From NCBI GenBank assembly GCA_011364925.1, contig RDOA01000059.1, positions 1 through 19,384 on the forward strand: a stretch of 19,384 nt of DNA. Direction: 5' to 3'. The position numbers were made by a program, and so were the translations under genes. The DNA comes from Promethearchaeota archaeon (GTDB lineage Archaea > Asgardarchaeota > Lokiarchaeia > Sigyniarchaeales > SOKP01). Shown here piece by piece: positions 1-8,797 of the stretch (within the stretch, counting starts at the first letter, position 1; each line of letters opens with the position of its first letter). A model generated the notes under the pieces. It did no database searches, was not told where the DNA came from, and saw nothing but the letters and a program-made list of their open reading frames with translations.

Positions 1-173
1 TGTTGAAACTTCTCACTTTTAAAACATGATTAAAAGCAGAATTAAGTTAATATTTATTATTTTTCATAGCTTTTATTACTGGTGAAAATGCATTTTTACT
101 GGTATTTTGATACAAAAGATTTATTAATTATTAAACCGAATTACTTTCACCAAAATAACATTGGTGATTTTTA

Positions 174-1172
174 ATGTCAGAGAGTAGTGAAATCTTTAGT
201 AAAAAACAATTAATTACTATTGGCGTTATCTTTTTGGTTGTTGTGGTAGTAGGATTAATCCTTATATTTGTGGGTTATAACGATGCCTTTTATAGTACTT
301 CTCCAACTATGCGTTCAATCTTTAAATATATTACATATCTTGGGGAACCGATTGTGTTTATTGTGATAGTGGCGATTTTCTTTATCGCATACGATAAGAA
401 GTTTGCAAAAAATTTGGCACTGAGTCTAATGTTTTCAACCTATGTGAATGAATTTGTTAAGAATATTTTTATGGATCCACGACCTGCGACTAATATCGTA
501 GACTCCACACCAGTAGAGACATCATATGGATTTCCTTCAAATCATACTCAATCTGCTGTAGCATTTTGGGGATATTTCGCGTATAATTTTCGAAAAAGGC
601 TCTACATTCCAATAATCTTGGGAGTTGTTATATTTCTGGTTTCGATCTCAAGATTGATTGTTGGTGTTCATGATTTACAAGATGTGATTGGAGGATTTGC
701 AATTGGGGTCGTAGTAGTAATGCTCTTTATTTACTTAGAACCACACGGTACGAAACTATTTAACGCCTTAAAGCTACCACTCAAGTTGGTAATTGTAATT
801 GTCGTGTCTTTAGCGCTCTTCTTAGTAGGTATCTTCTTATTTCCTACTTCAGGAACAGACCTTGCACTCGTACGCGTAGCTTTCAGTGATGCCGGAGGCT
901 TTGCTCAAGTCGGTGGAGTGCTTTTTGGATTTGGAATCGCGTACGTTCTTGAAGGCGAGTACGTTAAATACGATCCAAGCAAACTAGACTGGAAATGGAG
1001 AATTATAAACCTTGTAATAGGATTAGTAATCGTATTCGTAATTTACTTTGGCCTTGAAGCAATTAAAGGAGTATTCGATTCGGTCTTCTACAGATTTGCG
1101 AGGTATGCTATTATCGGGTTTATTCTAGGATTTATCTTGCCCCTTATCTTCGTTAAAATACATAAAGTCTAA
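174..1172 (+). CDS. PAP2-family (type 2 phosphatidic acid/lipid phosphate phosphatase) integral membrane protein
   Basis: All three PAP2 motifs are present: KxxxxxxRP (KNIFMDPRP), PSxH (FPSNH), SRxxxxxHxxxD (SRLIVGVHDLQD). Many hydrophobic TM segments. GGTGA RBS at 163-167. Confidence 0.92.
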   Translation: MSESSEIFSKKQLITIGVIFLVVVVVGLILIFVGYNDAFYSTSPTMRSIFKYITYLGEPIVFIVIVAIFFIAYDKKFAKNLALSLMFSTYVNEFVKNIFMDPRPATNIVDSTPVETSYGFPSNHTQSAVAFWGYFAYNFRKRLYIPIILGVVIFLVSISRLIVGVHDLQDVIGGFAIGVVVVMLFIYLEPHGTKLFNALKLPLKLVIVIVVSLALFLVGIFLFPTSGTDLALVRVAFSDAGGFAQVGGVLFGFGIAYVLEGEYVKYDPSKLDWKWRIINLVIGLVIVFVIYFGLEAIKGVFDSVFYRFARYAIIGFILGFILPLIFVKIHKV

Positions 1173-1190
1173 ATAATAAACTAATCTAAC

Positions 1191-1204
1191 TTTTTATTTT
1201 TTTT
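1191..1204 (+). terminator. Oligo-T tract, putative archaeal-type intrinsic terminator of the PAP2 gene
   Basis: TTTTTATTTTTTTT about 19 nt after the stop, with no GC hairpin, between convergent genes. Confidence 0.45.
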
Positions 1205-4200
1205 ACCAATAAATTTCCTCTAAACTTTTATGGTAATCGTTTAACGATTTTATTTCGCTTTTTTTCAGTCTTACAATTTCGATTGCGTTTATTACAGCCT
1301 CTGCTAGCTCTAAGTTGATAATGACCGGAATATTAAAATCGACAGCCATACGTCTTATTTTATATTCGTCTTCCATTATTGTTTTAAACTTCTCTTCCAC
1401 GGTAGTTGGTAAAGGTATGTTAATCACAATATCGATACGACCATTCTGTAAACAACTCATAATGTTAGGCTCCATTCCATATTCGTGAACTTTATAGAGC
1501 CGAACAGCTTCTATACCGTTAGAATTAAGAGCTTTTTTCGTGTCTTCAGTGGCAAAAATGGTAAAACCAAGCTCCTTAAGTTTAATGGCTAAGGGAATGA
1601 CTTTTGATTTTAATTCGTCTCCTCCGACCGAAATTAATATGTTTCCACCTTCAATTGGAATTTCTTGTTCAGTTGCTTCAAGAGATTTTATAAGTGCTTC
1701 TGGAAAAGTATCACCGATACATGCCACCTCCCCTGTAGAAGCCATCTCCACTCCTAAAATTGGATCTGCCTTATCTAGTCTCATAAATGAAAACATCGGA
1801 GTTTTAATGGAAACATAATTACCGTATGGTAAATCCATAATATGATCTGGGATTTGATTTCCCATAATGATTTCAGCCGCTAATTTCATTAAATTAATTC
1901 CTCGGGTTTTTGAAACATAGGGCATACTACGACTTGACCGGAGATTGCACTCAATAACATACACGGTTCCATTCCGCACTAGATATTGTATATTAAATGG
2001 ACCCTTAATCTTAAGTGCGAGGGCTATTTCTCTAGTATACTTTTCGATTGTTTGAATGACCTCTTGAGAGATGGTTTGCGGAGGAATAGCCATATTCGCA
2101 TCTCCAGAGTGCACTCCTGCGTTCTCTATGTGTTCTACGATAGCACCGATAAACACCTTTTTTCCATCCGAAACTCCATCACATTCAACTTCTCTTGCGT
2201 TGGTGAAAAATTTCGTGATTACAACGGGGTATTCTTTTGATATCGCGGCAGCAAGGTCCAAAGTATCTTTTAATGTTTTTTCATCGTACGAAACTCTCAT
2301 AGCCGCTCCGCTTAATACGTAAGAGGGTCTTACTAAAACAGGATAGCCAACTTCTTTAGCAAATTGAAGAGCTCCATCATTCGTAGTTAACATTTCCCAT
2401 TTTGGTTGCTTAATACCTAATTGATCTAATAACGCGCTAAATTTAGAACGATCTTCAGCCATATCGATACGAGTCCCGTGTGTACCCAAGATATTTATCC
2501 CTGTTTTCCGGAAAATTTCAGAATATTTAGCAAATTTTGAGGCTAGATTTTGAGCAATTTGACCTCCTGCAGAAACTACAACTCCGTACGCGTTTTCAAG
2601 TTCGCATATATCTAGTACTCGTTCTCCTGAAAGTTCCTCAAAGTATAACTTATCACTTATATCGTAATCAGTGGAAACCGTTTCAGGATTATAATTTATC
2701 ATAATCGCTTGATCAACTCCTAGGCTCTTTAATCCCCACAAACAATTAACGGAGGACCAATCAAATTCCACTGATGCCCCTATTCTATACGTACCACTCC
2801 CTAAAACTATTACTTTCTTGGCAGGTTTAAAGTCGATGTCATGTTCCGAAGCAGCATAAGTTAAATAAAGATAATTTGTTACCGCAGGCCATTCTGCAGC
2901 TAAAGTATCAATTCTTTTTACATAAGGTTGAATTCCTAGGCGCCTTCGCATTTGGCGGATAAAGATTGTATCAATATTCATAAGTTTAGCGATTTGTCCA
3001 TCTGAAAATCCAAATCGCTTCGCTCGTTCCAACCAATATTTTTTATCCTCATTACTCGACTCTAAGAGTTGGACATCTTGAAGTTGTCGTTCCAAGTCTG
3101 TTATTGTTTTTATTTTATATAAAAACCATTTATCTACACGAGATAATCTATAGATCTCATCGATTGAAATGCCCCTCTTGATTGCTTCGGCGATCCTAAA
3201 GACTCGCAAATCAGTAGGGTTTCGTAGCGCATACTTTAACTCGTTTTCGTCCTCAATGGGTTCAATGTCGTTGACTACTAATCCTTTCATTCCTATATCA
3301 AGCATTCGTATCGCTTTTTGCATGACTTCCTCGAATGTACGACCAATAGCCATGACTTCTCCAACAGATTTCATTTGAGATCCAATTTTCCTATCAACTT
3401 TTTGGAACTTTGTTAGATCCCACCTTGGAATTTTTAATACTAAATAATCTAAGGCTGGTTCAAAACAAGCAGTAGTAATACCTGTTATTTTATTTTTTAA
3501 CTCGGGGAGAGTATAACCTATAGCTAATTTCGCAGCTATATACGCTAAGGGATACCCAGTTGCTTTTGACGCCAAAGCAGATGATCTGGAAAGGCGCGCG
3601 TTAACCTCAATAACTCTAAATTCCTTAGAATAGGGATGAAGAGCATACTGTATATTACATTCCCCAATTATTCCAAGTTTTCTTATTACTCGGATTGATG
3701 CGGAGCGTAGCATGTGATATTCTTGATTGTTGAGAGTTTGGCTTGGAGCCACAACAATGCTTTCTCCCGTGTGAATTCCAACTGGATCGAAATTTTCCAT
3801 GTTACAATTAATAAAACAATTATCCACAGAGTCGCGAACAACTTCATATTCGACTTCCTTCCATCCCCACACAGATTCCTCGATTAATATCTGACTAATC
3901 CTCGATTGGGCTAACCCTTTTTTTGCCATCCTTTCAAAATCTTTTATATTATCTACGATACCCGAACCTCTCCCTCCTAATGTATACGCTACTCGAAGCA
4001 TTAAAGGAAAGCCAAACTCTTGAGCGACTTTAATCGCCTCTTTATATGAGGTCACTGCCTTGCTTTGACACACTTTAGCCTCTGCTTCATTCATTGCTTT
4101 AACGAATAGATCGCGATCTTCTGTAGCCTCGATCGCTTCTATGGGTGTACCAAGGACTCGCACATTATATTTCTCTAAAATTCCTTGTTCTTTTAGTTCT

Positions 4201-4499
4201 ACACCAACATTCAAAGAAGTTTGACCACCAAACGCTAATAAGATTCCGTCAGGCTTCTCTTTTTTTATAACTTCTTCGACGTATCTTACATTAATCGGGA
4301 GTAAATAGACTTGGTCAGATAATTCAGGATCAGTTTGAATAGTAGCAATATTTGGATTGATAAGTATTGCTTTTATACCTTCTTCTTTCAGAGCTTTAAG
4401 CACTTGACTCCCAGAATAATCAAATTCTCCTGCTTGACCGATTCGAATTCCTCCAGAACCTAATACCAATGCTTTTTTAATGCTTTTATCAAGTGGCAT
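1203..4499 (-). CDS. carB: Carbamoyl-phosphate synthase large subunit
   Basis: 1098 aa with duplicated ATP-grasp halves (GSGGIRIGQAGEFDYSG, IEVNARLSRSSALASKATGYP; NPETVSTDYD, RPSYVLSG, IECNLRSSRS) and a C-terminal MGS-like domain. Confidence 0.99.
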   Translation of the reverse strand: MPLDKSIKKALVLGSGGIRIGQAGEFDYSGSQVLKALKEEGIKAILINPNIATIQTDPELSDQVYLLPINVRYVEEVIKKEKPDGILLAFGGQTSLNVGVELKEQGILEKYNVRVLGTPIEAIEATEDRDLFVKAMNEAEAKVCQSKAVTSYKEAIKVAQEFGFPLMLRVAYTLGGRGSGIVDNIKDFERMAKKGLAQSRISQILIEESVWGWKEVEYEVVRDSVDNCFINCNMENFDPVGIHTGESIVVAPSQTLNNQEYHMLRSASIRVIRKLGIIGECNIQYALHPYSKEFRVIEVNARLSRSSALASKATGYPLAYIAAKLAIGYTLPELKNKITGITTACFEPALDYLVLKIPRWDLTKFQKVDRKIGSQMKSVGEVMAIGRTFEEVMQKAIRMLDIGMKGLVVNDIEPIEDENELKYALRNPTDLRVFRIAEAIKRGISIDEIYRLSRVDKWFLYKIKTITDLERQLQDVQLLESSNEDKKYWLERAKRFGFSDGQIAKLMNIDTIFIRQMRRRLGIQPYVKRIDTLAAEWPAVTNYLYLTYAASEHDIDFKPAKKVIVLGSGTYRIGASVEFDWSSVNCLWGLKSLGVDQAIMINYNPETVSTDYDISDKLYFEELSGERVLDICELENAYGVVVSAGGQIAQNLASKFAKYSEIFRKTGINILGTHGTRIDMAEDRSKFSALLDQLGIKQPKWEMLTTNDGALQFAKEVGYPVLVRPSYVLSGAAMRVSYDEKTLKDTLDLAAAISKEYPVVITKFFTNAREVECDGVSDGKKVFIGAIVEHIENAGVHSGDANMAIPPQTISQEVIQTIEKYTREIALALKIKGPFNIQYLVRNGTVYVIECNLRSSRSMPYVSKTRGINLMKLAAEIIMGNQIPDHIMDLPYGNYVSIKTPMFSFMRLDKADPILGVEMASTGEVACIGDTFPEALIKSLEATEQEIPIEGGNILISVGGDELKSKVIPLAIKLKELGFTIFATEDTKKALNSNGIEAVRLYKVHEYGMEPNIMSCLQNGRIDIVINIPLPTTVEEKFKTIMEDEYKIRRMAVDFNIPVIINLELAEAVINAIEIVRLKKSEIKSLNDYHKSLEEIYW

Positions 4500-4503
4500 G
4501 TTA

Positions 4504-5643
4504 TTAAAGCCCCATAATTTCGATGAATTTATCGAATAAATATAAAGAGTCTAAAGGACCTGGTGATGCTTCGGGATGGAATTGAACTGCAAAGATAGGT
4601 TTTGATTCGTGTATTATACCCTCGTTAGAATTATCGTCGATGTTGGTAAGAAACTCGTTGAATTGCTCACCTTCGAAACCTTTTACGCAAAAACCATGAT
4701 TTTGAGATGTGATATAGCATTGCTTCGTTTTTGGATTTATTACGGTTTTGTTTCCGCCTCTATGACCGTATTTTAACTTATAAGAAGATCCGCCAGCGCC
4801 CAAAGCAATGATTTGATTGCCTAAACAAATACCCATAGTAGGAACGCTATTTTCAATAAGTTTGCTTGCAACTTTAATTGCATCTTTACATATTACGGGA
4901 TCTCCTGGACCGTTAGAAATAAATACGCCGTCTGGTTTGTATGCCATAATTTCTTCATAAGAATAATTATAAGGAACAGAGATCACTTCCAGATTTCTTT
5001 GAACCAAATTACGTAAAATATTATTTTTCACTCCTAAATCTATAACAATCACTTTTCCTCGAGGTTTAGAAGGGCTATATACTCTCACTTCTTTAGGAGA
5101 TACCTCCGCAACTAGGTCTCTTAGATTAGGATCTTCAACATGTTTCACCTCACTTCTTAGTTCCTCAATGTTGGGTCTTTCTCCAGGATTATATACTGCT
5201 AACAATCCTAATTGGACTCCTTCCTCTCTTAAAATTTTTGTGATTGCTCTTGTATCAATCCACTCGATCCCCGGAATGTTTTCCTCCAACAGAAATTCGT
5301 TTAACGTTTTCACGCTCTCATAATGGCTTGGATTTTTACAACATTCGTTAACAACAAACCCACTCACCTTAATCGAATCTGATTCAAAATATTTGTGAAT
5401 TCCATACGCGTCTTTTTCCCAAGCAGGAACTCCATAGTTTCCAACTAACGGATGGGTCATGATTACTATCTGTCCCTTATATGAAGGATCGGTAAGAGTT
5501 TCATTATAACCAGCTCCCGTGATTGTTGTGAATACAATCTCTCCATGTACTTTCTTAGTTGCTCCAAAACCGATCCCTTCGTAATAACGACCGTCTTTGA
5601 ACATCAAAATGGCTGGTCTTTCCTTCTTATATAACATCGACAA
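4504..5643 (-). CDS. carA: Carbamoyl-phosphate synthase small (glutaminase) subunit; start is TTG 5643 or ATG 5637
   Basis: LTDPSY, SNGPGDP, catalytic GICLGNQ, SQNHGF and QFHPE motifs; ends 4 nt before carB. Confidence 0.99.
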   Translation of the reverse strand: MSMLYKKERPAILMFKDGRYYEGIGFGATKKVHGEIVFTTITGAGYNETLTDPSYKGQIVIMTHPLVGNYGVPAWEKDAYGIHKYFESDSIKVSGFVVNECCKNPSHYESVKTLNEFLLEENIPGIEWIDTRAITKILREEGVQLGLLAVYNPGERPNIEELRSEVKHVEDPNLRDLVAEVSPKEVRVYSPSKPRGKVIVIDLGVKNNILRNLVQRNLEVISVPYNYSYEEIMAYKPDGVFISNGPGDPVICKDAIKVASKLIENSVPTMGICLGNQIIALGAGGSSYKLKYGHRGGNKTVINPKTKQCYITSQNHGFCVKGFEGEQFNEFLTNIDDNSNEGIIHESKPIFAVQFHPEASPGPLDSLYLFDKFIEIMGL

Positions 5644-5828
5644 AAATGTATTTATCTTCGTTTATATTCTTAACATAAAGATAACAAATTACTTTTTTTA
5701 AGCTTATTTATTAACTGGATAAATTATTCTTAGCATGATCTCAATTTTCTGGTATTAATGTTTATAAAAATTCTTATAGAATCTTCATTTATTTATGTTA
5801 ATTTATGCTTTAGATCAGATGCTTACTT

Positions 5829-6890
5829 ATGGGTAGAATAATATCTCATAATCGAAGAGAAATAGCTTCAAGAAGGTTGAAATTTACATTTTATGAAATA
5901 GTTCCGATATTTATTGTTATTTTTTTAATACAAATTTTAGAGTGGATACTTCTACCACTTATAGTAGATCAATCTTCTGCGCTATTTGGAGTCTTCTTTT
6001 ACCTTGTCAGGGCTTTCGTGATATTTGGTGTAGTGATTCTATTGTTTTTCATTTATAATAAATTCAAACGGGAAAAAACGAACATCTCCAAGGAGGAATT
6101 TGCGCTTCATGTCGGTTTCTTAAAACTTTATACTATGACCAAAAAAAATTTCACTTATCAATTACTTTACGGTGTTTTATTATTCTTCCTTGTATTAACC
6201 CCTCTTGAATTTCTACTAATAATTTCTTTACCTCAAACTGTCGCTTATCGCGCAGTATCGCTAGTTTTTAAAACCGAAAATTTATATCTGCAACTTGATA
6301 ATTTCTTGCTATTCTTGTTTTCTGCATGTGTTATTCAATTTAGCATTTCATTTTCAGAGGAAACTATTTTTAGAGGGCTAGTAACAAAACGAGGGAGTGA
6401 GCATTTCTATAAGCTTTCAGCTGTAATGATATCAACCTTATATTTTGCTCTATATGATGTTTTACTAAAACCCGTTGTCTATTCCATAAATTTTTATTTT
6501 GGAGTCGTCTGGTTCATTAAATCGTTTCTAGTAGGTCTAGTTTTTTCACTAACAATATTAAGAAGAAAATGGATATTCCCATTAATATTTGCGAAGACAG
6601 TTGATTCCATTTTATCGAACATTGTTATTTGGGAGTTTCTACACTCAGGTGATATCACTCTTCTCCTTACATTCATTTACAGTCCAATTTTAATAGTAGG
6701 TTTACTTTTACTTATTTTTCAACGCTCTAGAATTAAAGAGAGTTTACAAATTGGAACAAAAATGATACAATCTTATTTTAAAAATAATATCAAACTAAAA
6801 GAATCATCAGGGGACAAAATATTTCGCGTTCTTTTTGATATTATTTTAGCACTCATGTTATTCCTTTTTGGAATTTTAATTAGTGTTTAA
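5829..6890 (+). CDS. CPBP/Abi (Rce1-like, type II CAAX) family membrane protein with degenerate catalytic motifs
   Basis: Multi-TM protein with EExxFRG (FSEETIFRG). The FxxxH motif reads FALYD and the HxxxN motif reads KTVDS. Confidence 0.75.
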   Translation: MGRIISHNRREIASRRLKFTFYEIVPIFIVIFLIQILEWILLPLIVDQSSALFGVFFYLVRAFVIFGVVILLFFIYNKFKREKTNISKEEFALHVGFLKLYTMTKKNFTYQLLYGVLLFFLVLTPLEFLLIISLPQTVAYRAVSLVFKTENLYLQLDNFLLFLFSACVIQFSISFSEETIFRGLVTKRGSEHFYKLSAVMISTLYFALYDVLLKPVVYSINFYFGVVWFIKSFLVGLVFSLTILRRKWIFPLIFAKTVDSILSNIVIWEFLHSGDITLLLTFIYSPILIVGLLLLIFQRSRIKESLQIGTKMIQSYFKNNIKLKESSGDKIFRVLFDIILALMLFLFGILISV

Positions 6891-6923
6891 ATGAGATCTG
6901 AGTAATAACTATAAAGGTGCAGT

Positions 6924-7853
6924 ATGTCAACCGATAAAATAAGTACTATGAGAGAAGCAATAAAGAAATTCGTTCATAATAATGAGTTAGTATTTCTTGG
7001 TGGATTTGGTAATGGTATTGCATTTTCTGCAGCACACGAAATAATAAGACAAGATTTAAAGTCTCTTACTGTTTGCAAATGTGGAGGTGGAATCCTCTTT
7101 GATCAATTAATCGGGGCGGGAGTAGTAGATCAAATTATCACATCTCATTGCTGGAATCCTCACGGTCCTCAACCTGCTTGGAATTTGAAAAGAGCGATGG
7201 AAGAAGGTATACCAAATAATTTAATCTATAACGAACAATCGCTTTTTATGATTAATATGTCTTTTTATGCAGGTTATATGGGTGTACCTTTCATGCCAAT
7301 CCGTTCAATTGTAGGAACTGATATATTCGATAATCCAAAGGAAGTCGGGTTAAAAGCCGCTAAAGTTGAATGTCCGTTTACCGGTGAAGAAATATGTGTC
7401 GTACCAGCTATAAATCCAGATGTTGGAATCATTCAAGTACAACGGGCTGATATAGAAGGTAATGCGCAAATGTGGGGATTGATTGGTGATACCAAGTTTG
7501 GGATTAATGCATGTAAAAGAATTATTGTTGCCGCAGAAGAAATCGTGGATAAAGCAGTGATTATGGAATCTCCAGAACGAACTATTGTTTCTTCGAATAA
7601 AGTTGACGCCGTTGTACACGAACCATGGGGGGGACATCCTGGTTATATGCAAGGTTATTATTATACTGATTTAGAATATAGGTTTAATTATGCAAAGGAA
7701 ACGAAGGAAATTAGGGATTGGAATAAATGGCTTGAAAAATGGATTACGGGGGTAAACGATAGACAGGAATATTTAAATATTCTCGGAGAAGATAAACTCA
7801 GAAAGTTAAAAGCAAAAAATCTTATACAAGGAGCTGTGAATTATGGTTATTGA
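6924..7853 (+). CDS. Family I CoA-transferase alpha subunit (glutaconate CoA-transferase GctA-like)
   Basis: GGF near the N-terminus, AHEIIRQ, DQLIGAG, PFMPIRS..GTD, CPFTGE, PDV.IIQVQRAD..GNAQ, P.GGHP. AGGTG RBS upstream. Confidence 0.9.
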   Translation: MSTDKISTMREAIKKFVHNNELVFLGGFGNGIAFSAAHEIIRQDLKSLTVCKCGGGILFDQLIGAGVVDQIITSHCWNPHGPQPAWNLKRAMEEGIPNNLIYNEQSLFMINMSFYAGYMGVPFMPIRSIVGTDIFDNPKEVGLKAAKVECPFTGEEICVVPAINPDVGIIQVQRADIEGNAQMWGLIGDTKFGINACKRIIVAAEEIVDKAVIMESPERTIVSSNKVDAVVHEPWGGHPGYMQGYYYTDLEYRFNYAKETKEIRDWNKWLEKWITGVNDRQEYLNILGEDKLRKLKAKNLIQGAVNYGY

Positions 7854-8679
7854 AGAAGAAAATTATTGCAAAGAATACACCGGTTTTGAAATGATGCTGG
7901 TGTCCGCATGTAGACAGATTAGACACGATGATGTAGTGTTTAATGCTTTCCATTGGCCTTTTCTTGTGGTACATATGGCCAAATTATTACGCTTCCCAAA
8001 CCTCTTTACAGTAATGGAAGTTGGATTATCTCAAAACGAGGTTCCTAAACCTGATAAGATGCCCTATTCGATTGTTGACCCCGTACTGGTCCCTAATTCT
8101 GTTTTCGTAGGGGATTCAATAGACGCATTATCCATCCTTCAGCGTGGTGAAATCACACTTGCGTTTTTAAGCACTTCAATCATAGATAAGTATGGTAATG
8201 GTAATACCACTGTCATTGGACCGTATAAAAAGCCAATTTATCGTCTACCCGGAGGAGGCGGAGCTACTGAAATTGCAGGTTTAGCAAATCGACTAATATG
8301 GTTATTAGATGACCATTCAAAGTATAGATTTGTAGAAAAATTAGATTTTATAACAGATCCTGGGTATTTAAATGGATACGACAGCAGAATAAAGGCAGGG
8401 TATCCTCTTAACTCTGGACCTGAAGCTATAATTACACCTCTTTGCATTATGAGATTTGATCCCTTTACTAAAGAAGCGTATTTAGATGCACTACATCCAA
8501 ATGCTACTATTGAGCAAGTAAAGGAAGAAACAGGCTGGAACCTAAAAATTGCTGATGAAGTACGAGATATTAAACCACCAACAATGAGAGAAATTGAAAT
8601 TTGCCGTAAAACTATGAAAGATGCAATCGATCAATATTATATCTTAAAACCAGAGTGGACTAAATACCTAGAAAAGTAA
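7843..8679 (+). CDS. Family I CoA-transferase beta subunit (GctB-like)
   Basis: Catalytic-Glu-type motif VMEVG, IDKYGNGNTT, RLPGGGGATEIA, FVEKLDFITDPG, ETGW. Overlaps the alpha subunit by 11 nt. Confidence 0.9.
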   Translation: MVIEEENYCKEYTGFEMMLVSACRQIRHDDVVFNAFHWPFLVVHMAKLLRFPNLFTVMEVGLSQNEVPKPDKMPYSIVDPVLVPNSVFVGDSIDALSILQRGEITLAFLSTSIIDKYGNGNTTVIGPYKKPIYRLPGGGGATEIAGLANRLIWLLDDHSKYRFVEKLDFITDPGYLNGYDSRIKAGYPLNSGPEAIITPLCIMRFDPFTKEAYLDALHPNATIEQVKEETGWNLKIADEVRDIKPPTMREIEICRKTMKDAIDQYYILKPEWTKYLEK

Positions 8680-8797
8680 TTCTATTTGTATTGAATCAAA
8701 AAAATAATACTAATTCAGTTAACAAATATTAGAATCATTTTTAATAATTAAGGGAACTATTACTAATTATATAATTAAAAGAGGAAATGTAATACCC

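Noticed and set aside
1540-3378. Short + strand ORFs (1540-1818, 1986-2240, 2071-2322, 3169-3378)
   Set aside because: Antisense shadows of carB with no recognisable motifs.
8764-8777. 14-bp palindrome TAATTATATAATTA upstream of abfD; also TAAGCTTA at 5699-5706 and 13052-13059
   Set aside because: AT-only or very short palindromes are expected by chance here and may simply be TATA-region sequence.
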